From Spirochaetaceae bacterium (GTDB taxonomy: Bacteria; Spirochaetota; Spirochaetia; DSM-2461), in contig OZ245056.1 in assembly GCA_965224705.1 (NCBI GenBank), positions 512,001 to 576,000 of the forward strand: a stretch of DNA of 64,000 nt, read 5' to 3'. The translations under genes were made by a program, and so were the position numbers. The notes under the pieces are model-generated. The model worked only from the letters and a program-made list of their open reading frames with translations. It made no database searches and had not been told where the DNA came from. Of the stretch, positions 10,558 through 19,667 are shown in pieces (position 1 is the first letter of the stretch; each line of letters begins with the position of its first letter).

Positions 10558-12300
10558 TTATTCCTCACAATACAGGGACAAGTCCTTCCCCCTAAACCCA
10601 ATCCCCAGAACCAACAATTCCTTCGGATGCCATTTCTCCCTGACCCCGTCAAGGTATCCCTCCACCGCCTGGGCATAAGCGGTCTGGGCCAAGGCTTCCA
10701 GCGAGGTATCAGCAGAGGTGTTTCCCTGCTTAAACTCGAACACAAAAGCCTCTTCGGCCTGAGCGGGATCGCTTCCCTTCCTGACCACCACAATGTCCGA
10801 ACGGCCTCTCCCATACTCCCGGTTACTGTCCACGGCATAGGCCGGACCAAGATAGGCCAGAAGACCAAGTACAAGACCATGGTAGAAGTTTTCCCGTCTC
10901 TCCTCCTCGTCCCATGCGCTATCGTAATAACTGGCCAGGCCGAACAGAATTCGCTTCAGGCCGCGTTCAATCAGCCTGGGATTGGCTTCTCTGATGCCGC
11001 TGACAAAGTCCGTAAAATCCTCGTTGACGGAGAGATCCTCCTTCAGCCAACTTCGCACCACGGTCTCCCAGGCCGTCTCCACTTCTTTGTTGGGTATGGA
11101 GAGTCTCCAGCTAGTTCCCAGTTCTTCCTGGTGCATTTCGGAGGCCTTGAGGTAGCCGCTGTGGAGAAGAAAACTCCATACCACATCTGGGTCATCTTCT
11201 ATCTGGGTATAGGGAATGTTGGTTAAGAGGGACTTGCGTACTTCCTCTTTCCGCAGGAGTTTTTCTGTTGTCATCTTCGCATCTCGGCGCTTTAATTTGA
11301 TGACTTCCTTGACGAGTCTGTTGTCGCTGGTGCTTATCCAATGCGGTTTCAGTCCTTCCTCGTGGGAGCTTAAGTAATTGACGATGCTCCAGGGATTGTA
11401 GATGACGGTGTCCCCGCCGAAGATGTATCCGTTATACCATTCCTTGATTCCGTCCATTTTGTCTTCCAGACCGAAGTATGCGGCCATTTTTTCAACTTCC
11501 TCCTCGGTAAATCCGAAGCAGTCCTTCATGGCCGGGGAAAGGATGGTGGAGACTCTGGGATTGTTGAAGTCGCTGAAGATGCTCTCCTGGGCGATTTTCA
11601 GTATGCCGATGAGCACAGCCTGCTTCAGGTGGGGATTGTCCTTGAAGGTTTGCACCATGAAGCTGCGAATGAAGGCGATCATCTGATCGTAATACCTGTC
11701 AACATGGGCCGAATGCAGGGGTGTGTCGTACTCGTCCAGAAGGATGTATGGAGGTTTGCCGTAGGCGCGATGGAGCCAGGCGGAGAGGTATTCAATGGAT
11801 TGGGCACAGTCCTGATCCGTGCCGTTTCTGTTCAATATTCTGGAAAATAACTTTTCATCGGCTTCGTGCAGCATTCCGCAGCCATGCAGATACCCATGCC
11901 GCTGGTATTCCGCGGAAAGCATTTTCCTGATAATTTCCATGCACTCATTGAATGAAGCACCCTTGGCATCCTTAAAGCTCAAATGAATAACCGGATACTG
12001 CCCCATGAACTCGGCACAGCGCGGATGGGAGGCGATTGCAAGATCCTCAAAAAGGTAGGCGTTGGGAATGGTGAGTGATGAGTGGGAATCCTGGTGTTGG
12101 CGGGGTGGCGGGAGAGCTTCCAGGAAGCAGCGGATCATGCTTAAGTTTAAGGTTTTGCCGAAGCGGCGGGGGCGGGTGATAAGGTGCACCTTGCTTGGGT
12201 GGTCGATGAGATAGCCGATAAGAGAGGTTTTATCAACGAAATAGCAGTTCTCGTCGATGAATTCCTTGAAATCGGAGATTCCCAGTTCCAGATTTTTCAT
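10558..12300 (-). CDS. AAA-ATPase-like + PD-(D/E)XK nuclease protein, tandem paralog
   Basis: Same motifs; near-identical to 8640..10382 except the N-terminal ~40 aa. Confidence 0.9.
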   Translation of the reverse strand: MKNLELGISDFKEFIDENCYFVDKTSLIGYLIDHPSKVHLITRPRRFGKTLNLSMIRCFLEALPPPRQHQDSHSSLTIPNAYLFEDLAIASHPRCAEFMGQYPVIHLSFKDAKGASFNECMEIIRKMLSAEYQRHGYLHGCGMLHEADEKLFSRILNRNGTDQDCAQSIEYLSAWLHRAYGKPPYILLDEYDTPLHSAHVDRYYDQMIAFIRSFMVQTFKDNPHLKQAVLIGILKIAQESIFSDFNNPRVSTILSPAMKDCFGFTEEEVEKMAAYFGLEDKMDGIKEWYNGYIFGGDTVIYNPWSIVNYLSSHEEGLKPHWISTSDNRLVKEVIKLKRRDAKMTTEKLLRKEEVRKSLLTNIPYTQIEDDPDVVWSFLLHSGYLKASEMHQEELGTSWRLSIPNKEVETAWETVVRSWLKEDLSVNEDFTDFVSGIREANPRLIERGLKRILFGLASYYDSAWDEEERRENFYHGLVLGLLAYLGPAYAVDSNREYGRGRSDIVVVRKGSDPAQAEEAFVFEFKQGNTSADTSLEALAQTAYAQAVEGYLDGVREKWHPKELLVLGIGFRGKDLSLYCEE

Positions 12301-12364
12301 GACGCTTTTCAATATAGCATGGTTTGGCCGCTTTATCTATACGGGTTTAGAACCGCCGGTTCCT

Positions 12365-12600
12365 TCGCCTGGGTATAAGCGGACTGGGCCAACGTTTCCA
12401 ATGTGGTATCAGCGGCACTGTTTCCCTGCTTGAACTCGAACACAAAAGCCTCTTCGGCCTGAGCGGGATCGCTTCCCTTCCTAACCACCACAATGTCCGA
12501 GCGGCCTCTCCCGTATTCCCGGTTGCTGTCCACGGCATAGACCGAAGAGGATTCGCTTCAGGCCGCGTTCAATCAGCTCAGCACCACGTTTTTCCAGGCC
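12365..12600 (-). pseudogene. Patchwork of AAA/PD-(D/E)XK C-terminal fragments
   Basis: DSNREYGRGRSD...FEFKQG segment plus short deleted pieces of the same gene. Confidence 0.8.
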
Positions 12601-12660
12601 GTCGAGCGGATCCTACCACGTGTTACGCGGCGGCAGTTGGTTCGACAATCCGGAGGGCTT
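12597..12660 (+). pseudogene. Orphan DGR VR 5' fragment
   Basis: GGCCGTCGAGCGGATCCTACCACGTGTTACGCGGCGGCAGTTGGTTCGACAATCCGGAGGGCTT aligns with 7837-7900. Confidence 0.75.
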
Positions 12661-12741
12661 AGCTTATTGTAGAAAAACTAATGGGTTTGTCAATAGGAGA
12701 TTCTACGTTTTTAACCGCAGAGGACGCAGAGGGTTCAAGGT
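12657..12741 (-). repeat. Left copy of ~85-bp inverted repeat carrying a sigma70-like promoter; partner at 16241-16335
   Basis: Reverse complement of the 16241-16335 segment; TTGACA-N16-TACAAT on the minus strand. Confidence 0.8.
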
Positions 12742-12919
12742 AATTATTGACCAATCTTTTTATTCCATATTTCTCTGCGTATCTCTGCGATCTCTGCGGT
12801 TTATACCTTAATTTATGGTTTTTTAACCGCAGAGGACGCTAAAGAGCGCAGAGTGTTCAATTTGACATTCTCCCCTTAAGGACGCTAAAGTCAGTCATCC
12901 AGACAAACAGGAGAAAAAA

Positions 12920-13927
12920 ATGAAAAAACTGAAAAGCCACCCAAAAAAATACATTCCCATAGCCATCCTGCTATTCCTGCCCCTGCTCAGTGCCGCCGAC
13001 AGCCGCCCGCTTAGCGCGAATGCCCGCCTCCGCCAGGCCCCGCCCGCTGTACCTGCCCGCAGTCCGGCGGAAAACGCTGACATAACACTGACCTCGTGGG
13101 AGGAATGGGAAGCGGAGGGAATGGTCTATGTGGAAGGCGGCAGCTTCCAGATGGGTAGTGATGCTGATTCGGATGAAAGCCCGGTGCACAGCGTAAGGGT
13201 GGAGTCGTTTTACATGAGCGAAACGGAAGTGACCCATCGCCAGTACCTGGAGTTTTTGAACGATGCCGGAGTGTCTGCCGCGGGCCGATTGAATGGCAGC
13301 GAGGTGATAGACATGGATGATGAAGATGTGGCCTTTAGCCATAACGGCAAGGAGTTTAGCTTTGCCGCATCGGAGTATGCGGATGACATTGACTGTCCGG
13401 TGATAGAGGTGACGTGGTACGGAGCCGTGGAATACAGCAACTGGCTGAGTGAGCAAGCTGGTCTACCGAAGGCCTATAGCATAAGCGGCACAAGTGTAAA
13501 CTGGAATCAGAATGCCGAAGGCTACCGTTTGCCGACGGAGGCCGAGTGGGAGTACGCGGCGCGTGGAGGGACCCAGTCGAATGGGTATAAGTATGCCGGG
13601 AGTAACAACGTAGACGAAGTAGGATGGTATTGGGATAATTCCGGGTCTAAGACCCATCCGGTTAAGGGTAAGAAGGCCAATGAGCTGGGATTGTATGACA
13701 TGAGCGGGAATGTGTGGGAATGGTGCTGGGACTGGTATGATTCGAATTACTATTCCAGTTCACCTGGGGCCAATCCCACAGGGCCGTCTTCGGGCTCGAC
13801 CCGGGTCCTTCGGGGCGGCAGCTGGTTCAACGGCCCGGGGGGCTTGCGGGTTGCCAGTCGCGGCAACGGCGGCCCTGGCGTCAGCGACATCGATAGCGGG
13901 TTCCGGCTGGCCTTGCCTGCAGATTGA
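12920..13927 (+). CDS. Secreted FGE-sulfatase/CLec-domain protein, DGR target 2
   Basis: Signal-peptide-like N-terminus; FGE motifs; C-terminal RVLRGGSW...GFRLA region rich in NNC/NNT codons; followed by hairpin, HRDC gene and RT. Confidence 0.9.
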   Translation: MKKLKSHPKKYIPIAILLFLPLLSAADSRPLSANARLRQAPPAVPARSPAENADITLTSWEEWEAEGMVYVEGGSFQMGSDADSDESPVHSVRVESFYMSETEVTHRQYLEFLNDAGVSAAGRLNGSEVIDMDDEDVAFSHNGKEFSFAASEYADDIDCPVIEVTWYGAVEYSNWLSEQAGLPKAYSISGTSVNWNQNAEGYRLPTEAEWEYAARGGTQSNGYKYAGSNNVDEVGWYWDNSGSKTHPVKGKKANELGLYDMSGNVWEWCWDWYDSNYYSSSPGANPTGPSSGSTRVLRGGSWFNGPGGLRVASRGNGGPGVSDIDSGFRLALPAD

Positions 13928-13947
13928 AATCGTCCTCCAGCAGGGTA

Positions 13948-13968
13948 CTTGGGGCCGGAGGCCCCAAG
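13948..13968 (+). promoter_or_regulatory. Candidate DGR target-recognition hairpin
   Basis: CTTGGGGCC-GGA-GGCCCCAAG: perfect 9-bp stem with GGA loop, 20 bp after the VR stop. Confidence 0.7.
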
Positions 13969-14099
13969 GTCCAGGGGTTGAGTTTCGGCTGCCGTCCGCT
14001 AAGGAGGGCTGAGGGACGAAGCCCGGAAGGCGGACTGCTGACGAAACGGCAGGGTTAAGGGGAAGTGTTTTCAGAGAAGTTTGGAAGGTTCCGTTAGGG

Positions 14100-14123
14100 T
14101 TTTTTGCCGCTTGCGGCAAAAAA
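14100..14123. terminator. Bidirectional intrinsic terminator-like hairpin
   Basis: TTTTTTGCCG-CTTG-CGGCAAAAAA. Confidence 0.6.
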
Positions 14124-14184
14124 TATTTTTGGATATTCGGGATAATACTTACAGGATTAGCTCCTTTTAAGAAGAGGCGGAGAA

Positions 14185-14644
14185 ATGCTGCATTACAGAC
14201 TATTCAGTGTGCCCGTTAACGCACCTCAGGACGAAATGCGGGAGTTGAATAAATTTCTAAAGCGGCCACCGCATCATGCAGGTGGATAAAACTCTGGCAA
14301 CAGATGGCGGATCCAGCTTCTATGTGTTCTGCATCGCTTACGATGAAAAAAATCCCCAGCATAGTGCGAGTACCAGGAATGCTGTGGATTATAAGGAAGT
14401 TTTGAACGATGAAGATTTTGCTGTGTTCAGCAAGCTGCGGGAGCTGCGGAAGGAATGCGCCGAGCAATTCGGCAGGCCTGTGTATGCTGTGTTCACCAAT
14501 GAACAACTGGCTAAAATGGTCACTGGAAAGGTGTATAAGCCTGCGGATATGCGAAAAATCGACGGCATAGGAGATTCCAAAATGGCCGACTATTCAAAGC
14601 GATTCCTGGATTTTCTCCAGTCCGTATACAGCCTGGAATCATGA
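14185..14644 (+). pseudogene. DGR accessory HRDC-domain protein, +1 frameshift near 14258
   Basis: MLHYRLFSVPV..ELNKFL then frame change to (S)GHRIMQVDK; HRDC motif LRELRKECA..PVYAVFTNEQL..IDGIG; stop overlaps the RT ATG. Confidence 0.8.
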
Positions 14645-15537
14645 AGCGGGCGGGAAATCTCTATTCCCGGATATACTCCTGGGACAATCTCCTTTTGGCC
14701 TTCTACAAGGCCCAGAGAGGCAAAAAAAGAAGGCCGGATATATAGGGCACCTCTAAAAAACACCCATTCCGTTTCTGGCTTGATCTTTACCACTGCTACT
14801 GCGTTGCCAAAATGCTCACGTAGCTTAGGCTACGCTCCGCTTTTGTCGCCTTGTATCAGTGAAAAATCTCTGCGCCAGATTCCGAAAGCGGGTTTTTTAG
14901 AGGTGCCTTACAGTTATATAGAATGCGTCTTACCGAGAACTTGAAGAAACTGCAGGAAGGTCTTATTGGGGAATGTGTGGATGTCGGTCACTACCGCTAT
15001 TTTTTAATCCAGGATCCGAAAGAGCGCACAATCTGCGCGGCACTCTTTCCCGAGCGGGTGCTGCATCATGCCGTAATGAATGTAACCGAGCCGTATTTCG
15101 AAAGGAAAATGATTTTCGATACCTATGCTTGCCGAAGGGACAAAGGAACAGACAAAGCTGTTGAACGAGCCTTTGACTTTACCCGAAAGTCTTTTTGGTT
15201 TCTGAAACTTGATATTCGCAAGTACTTCGATTCCATCAGTCATTCTGTTCTGCTTGAAATCCTGCGCACTGTGTTCAAAGATGGCCAGCTGCTTGACTTG
15301 TTCCAGCAGATAATTGAAACTTACCAGAAGACTCCCGGGAAGGGAGTCCCCATCGGTAATCTTACCAGCCAGTACTTTGCCAATCTGTATCTGTCGGGCT
15401 TTGACCACTTCATAAAGGATACTCTGGGAATCAAGCGCTATGTTCGCTATATGGACGACATGTGCTTGTGGGGAAACAATAAATTGGTCTATGCTATGAT
15501 TCCTGTGAAAGCAGCGATACCTGGAAGCCTTGAATAA
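14641..15537 (+). pseudogene. DGR reverse transcriptase, split by a MITE and truncated after YMDD
   Basis: N-terminus MKRAGNLYSRI..WDNLLLAFYKAQRGK; DPKER; LKLDIRKYFDSI; DGR signature GVPIGNLTSQ; YVRYMDD; sequence diverges ~10 codons later. Confidence 0.9.
14743..14910. mobile_element. 168-bp MITE (family B ends) inside the RT gene
   Basis: TIR TAGGGCACCTCTAAAAAAC / GTTTTTTAGAGGTGCCTTA; removal restores the frame ...RPDIQLYRMRL. Confidence 0.85.
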
Positions 15538-15589
15538 TCTCCGTGAACTCCGTGCCTCTATGAGAGATTTTCTGAAAACTCCAGCCGGA

Positions 15590-16173
15590 TTATGCCTCGC
15601 AATACAGAGACAATTCCTTCCCCCGGAAACCAATCCCCAGAACCAACAATTCCTTCGGATGCCATTTCTCCCTGACTCCCTCAAGGTATCCCCCCACCGC
15701 CTGGGCATAAGCGGCCTGGGCCAGCACTTCCAGTGAAGTATCAGCGGCACTGTTGCCCTGCTTGAACTCGAACACAAAAGCCTCCTCGTCCTGCGCGCTA
15801 TCGTAATAACTGGCCAGGCCGAAGAGGATTCGCTTCAGGCCGCGTTCAATCAGCCTGGGGTTGGCTTCTCTGATGCCACTGACAAAGTCCGTAAAATCCT
15901 TGTTTACTGACAGATCCTCCTTCAGCCAGCTCAGCACCACAGTCTCCCAGGCCGTCTCCACTTCCAGGTTGGGAATGGAGAGCCGCCATGTTATATGCGT
16001 GTGTTCCTGCTGCCTCTCGGAGGCCTTGAGATAACCGCTGTGGAGAAGGAAGCTCCATACCACATCCGGATCATTTTCTATCTGGGTGTAGGGAATGTTG
16101 GTTAAGAGCGGCTTGCGCACTTTCTCTCTTCGCAGGAGTTTTTCCGTTGTGATTTTTGCATCCCGGCGCTTTA
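15590..16173 (-). pseudogene. AAA/PD-(D/E)XK C-terminal fragment with internal deletion
   Basis: Homologous to 8640..9380 but lacks the segment between YYDSA and AFVFEFK. Confidence 0.85.
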
Positions 16174-16350
16174 AAGGGCAATCGCATCTCATTCTATCCC
16201 CAAAAAATAAAAAAGCACTGATTCTGGGGGAGCAATACCCACCTTGAACCCTCTGTGCTCTTTAGCGTCCTCTGCGGTTAAAAACGTAGAATCTCCTATT
16301 GACAAACCCATTAGTTTTTCTACAGTAAGGTAAGCACTTCGGAGGTAGAT

Positions 16351-19113
16351 ATGAAACACTGTCCAACCATAGTCATCATTGCATTGACGGCCCTGCTGAC
16401 CATCTCCTGCACAAGCACTTCAAATGACAGTGCGGCTCAGGCGGATCCCCTGCCAAACATGAACGGCAAGGAAACGTCTTTTGTCAAGGCCATGGGCTTC
16501 TACATGTCCCCAATGGAACACAGCGCTAATATCTGGCCGATGGCATACAGCCCCGATGGAACACAACTGGCCAGCGGCAGTTCCGATGGACTGCTGCGCG
16601 TGTGGTCCGCCCGGTTCGGCCAGCAGGAAATGCAGTTTCAGGGCCATGAAGGCCGGGTTATGGGCCTGGGCTGGAGTCCGGATGGAACCCGGATAGCCTC
16701 CAGCGGTGAGGATGGGCTTGTTATTATATGGCATCTGCAATCGCAGACAAAACTCAAGGAACTTAAGGGCCATAAAGACTGGGCCGCGTCCGCAGCCTGG
16801 AGTCCCGACGCGGCAAAAATCGCCAGCGGGGGCAGGGATGGAAGCGTCCGAATATGGAACGCCGAATCCGGTCAACTGCTTCACACACTTAAGGGCCATG
16901 ACGAATATGTGTGGCCCGTCGCCTGGAACCCCGAGAGCACAGTTCTGGCCAGCGGCGGTAACGATGGTGCCATAAAAATATGGAACGCCGAAACCGGGAG
17001 TCTGGAACGGACACTGGTCCACAAAGCCGCTGCCTGGGTGAACAGCCTGGCCTGGAGTCCCGACGGCAACAGTCTGGCCAGCGGCGGGGACGACAACAAT
17101 GCTGTAATCTGGAACCCGGAAACAGGGGAGAAACGGCAAACTTTGAGCGGCCATAACAAATATGTCCAGTCTGTAGCATACAGCCCCGACGGCAATAGAT
17201 TAGCCACCGGCAGTGCCGATGGCACCCTGCGTATATGGGATGCCGATACCGGCGCAAAGATCCGGGAAATGCAGGCCTCCTCCGATTGGATAAATGCCGT
17301 GGACTGGAAGCCCAGCGGCAGGCAGCTGGCCAGCGCGGGAAAGGACGATGCCATCCATATCTGGGACACCGTCACCGGCAGGCTTGTCAACACCGGAGAA
17401 TACCAGCTTCCCGACGGCACCACGCTGCGTTCGGGCCGTTTTGCGAAAGATCTGAAAGAGACCCCCTACGCCCAGCTCTGGGACATCTATGTCAAACAGG
17501 ACATCCTGCTTGTACCCGAAGGATTTATTGGAGCCGAGGCCGCACTGCTGGCCGCCGGAGACGGCTGGCCCGATGCTCTGAACACCCAGGTACAGGACTA
17601 CTTTGCCCAATGGCTCAAACTGGCCGATCAGACCATGCCCGGCATAGTGCCCCAGCCCGCACTTCCGGAACCCATACTGCTTACCCAGGAGGAATGGGAA
17701 ATCAACAGCGAATTTGAGGACCGTGTCAATGAGGCACAAAGTGCCCGGCAGGCCGAAGTGGACCGTATTCAGGAACAGTACAGACAGGATGTGGAGGCAC
17801 GTAACGCCCAGGTACTGGCACTGCAGCAATTGCAGGGGCGGCGCAGAGCAGTGCTGCCGCAGATGCGGGCGGCCTACATACAAACAGTCATGGATGAATT
17901 TTTAACCCAGGCCACTGCCGCGGACGCCAAGCTGGATCAGACCAGCAATGAACTCTTTATTACCATGCAGGCCCCCGGCAATACCGTACAGGCATTGGGT
18001 ACCTATGTCCTGCAGGGAGCCAGTGCCGCTCTGCGCAAACAGGCCCTTAGCAACCCCTCCAGTCTGGCCGTGGAGATTGAACCCTTTGCCAGAGAAGATG
18101 GAAACTACGGTCTGGACAGTGCCAGTCTTCACTACGAAGGCCAGGAGTACGCCATGACGCTCACCGCTGAGAGTGTCCAAAACTCCGGTTCCCGCACAAT
18201 CACCATAGGTGCCGACGACAGCATAGCCGATTTGGCCCAGACCGCCCTGCAGGATGCCGTTCTGGTGGACCGCAATGCGATGGGCAGTATAACCTACAAG
18301 GACGGCACACAGGCATTCATCGATTTTGATGATGATCTGGGAAGCATAATCCGTCAGATTGCCAAGGTTCCCCAGGACAACAGCAAATGGGCCCTGGTAA
18401 TCGGCGCCGAAACATACAGGAATACCGACAACATCCTCTACGCCCGCCGCAGTGCGGAAGTATTTGCCCAGGCCATACAGGCCTCCCAGGGCATACCCAA
18501 GGGCCATGTCTACACAATCTACGACGAAGAAGCCACCAGCGGGAACCTGAAAACCCAAATACAGACCCTTCTTGAAAAAGGCATAAGCCAGGGTGATACC
18601 GTCTATTTTTACTACAACGGACACGGCATTCCCGCTGCCAATCAGGGCAATGCCCCCTACCTGCTGCCCACCGATATGAGCCCCGATTTTGTAACCAATG
18701 AACCATTCTTCCAGATGCAGAACATCCTGGAACAGTTCCAGAACTCCAAAGCAGGTAAGGTACTGGTCTTTATGGATAGCTGCTTCACCGGCAAGGTGGA
18801 CGGGCTCTCCGTGTTCAAAAATGTCGCCGCCGCCAGCCTGGCACCCCGCAAGGTAAACCTGTCCGAACAGGGCAAGGTGGCCGTAATAGCCGCCGGTACC
18901 AACACCCAGTATTCCAACGCCTACAGCGAAAAGGGCCACCGTCTGTTCACCTATTACCTTGTCCGTGCCATAGCCTCGCCCGATGCGCCCATACGCAGTA
19001 CCAACCAGCTGCACATCGCCGTAAAAAAGGAAGTCAGTGCCGTTTCCCGCCTTATGGGGCCCCTGAAGTATCAGGACCCAACCATACAGGGCAATGGGGA
19101 CTTAAGCCTGTAA
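16351..19113 (+). CDS. Lipoprotein with 7 WD40 repeats and C-terminal caspase (peptidase C14)-like domain
   Basis: Lipobox-like LTISC; GH..WSPDG..LASG..WN repeats; YYNGHG and FMDSCF His/Cys dyad. Confidence 0.85.
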   Translation: MKHCPTIVIIALTALLTISCTSTSNDSAAQADPLPNMNGKETSFVKAMGFYMSPMEHSANIWPMAYSPDGTQLASGSSDGLLRVWSARFGQQEMQFQGHEGRVMGLGWSPDGTRIASSGEDGLVIIWHLQSQTKLKELKGHKDWAASAAWSPDAAKIASGGRDGSVRIWNAESGQLLHTLKGHDEYVWPVAWNPESTVLASGGNDGAIKIWNAETGSLERTLVHKAAAWVNSLAWSPDGNSLASGGDDNNAVIWNPETGEKRQTLSGHNKYVQSVAYSPDGNRLATGSADGTLRIWDADTGAKIREMQASSDWINAVDWKPSGRQLASAGKDDAIHIWDTVTGRLVNTGEYQLPDGTTLRSGRFAKDLKETPYAQLWDIYVKQDILLVPEGFIGAEAALLAAGDGWPDALNTQVQDYFAQWLKLADQTMPGIVPQPALPEPILLTQEEWEINSEFEDRVNEAQSARQAEVDRIQEQYRQDVEARNAQVLALQQLQGRRRAVLPQMRAAYIQTVMDEFLTQATAADAKLDQTSNELFITMQAPGNTVQALGTYVLQGASAALRKQALSNPSSLAVEIEPFAREDGNYGLDSASLHYEGQEYAMTLTAESVQNSGSRTITIGADDSIADLAQTALQDAVLVDRNAMGSITYKDGTQAFIDFDDDLGSIIRQIAKVPQDNSKWALVIGAETYRNTDNILYARRSAEVFAQAIQASQGIPKGHVYTIYDEEATSGNLKTQIQTLLEKGISQGDTVYFYYNGHGIPAANQGNAPYLLPTDMSPDFVTNEPFFQMQNILEQFQNSKAGKVLVFMDSCFTGKVDGLSVFKNVAAASLAPRKVNLSEQGKVAVIAAGTNTQYSNAYSEKGHRLFTYYLVRAIASPDAPIRSTNQLHIAVKKEVSAVSRLMGPLKYQDPTIQGNGDLSL

Positions 19114-19124
19114 GGGGAATATAA

Positions 19125-19636
19125 CCCCTATTTCTCACCAACATAAAACTGCATAAAAAATCCTGAAAAATTTCTGTTCTCTCCGCTAATATATCAAACA
19201 AAAAGTCTCCAGTTAACTGATCCTTGTTATTTTCGTGTTATTTTCGTGTTATTTCCGTCCAATTTAAGTCGATTTCTTCTGGTTTTCTTCCGTTTTTTCA
19301 ACCCTCGGGGTACAACTTTCCCAGAGAATCCAGATGAGAACTCTCAACTATTTTTATTACCCCTCAGATGACCCGGGATATTCGTATCCAGATGTCCCAC
19401 CAGGGAAAACTCTCCGGCAGACTGATCCAGATTCGGCGAACCGTAATCTTTACAGCGGCCGAAACTTTAAGCATCCTTAATCGGATCGTAGAGGACAGGC
19501 TTCGGGTTTCATCACCGCTGACCTGCAGAATTGTTCTTCGAAGATGGACAAAGTGTCCGAAGACGGAACTGTGGGAAGTAATACTGAGTGTCAGAAAGCC
19601 TGTAGATGTCTGTTTGCGCTGTACCTGGGTAAGGTA
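19125..19636 (-). mobile_element. IS1380-family remnant (3' end)
   Basis: Minus strand STIRLRMLKVSAAVKITVRRIWISLPESFPW resembles IS1380 transposase C-termini; end GGTGAGAAATAGGGG; a ~50-bp piece recurs at 59750-59798. Confidence 0.6.
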
Positions 19637-19667
19637 ATATTATACAAATTAAGGAGTTATTTCTGGC

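Noticed and set aside
13928..14184. Possible DGR template repeat between VR2 and the HRDC gene
   Set aside because: No similarity to the VRs and no AAC-rich tract; only hairpins
16420..19014. Long minus-strand ORFs over the WD40-caspase gene
   Set aside because: Antisense frames of a GC3-rich gene with no recognisable motifs
19226..19258. TTATTTTCGTG x3
   Set aside because: Short low-complexity repeat within the IS1380 remnant; no function evident
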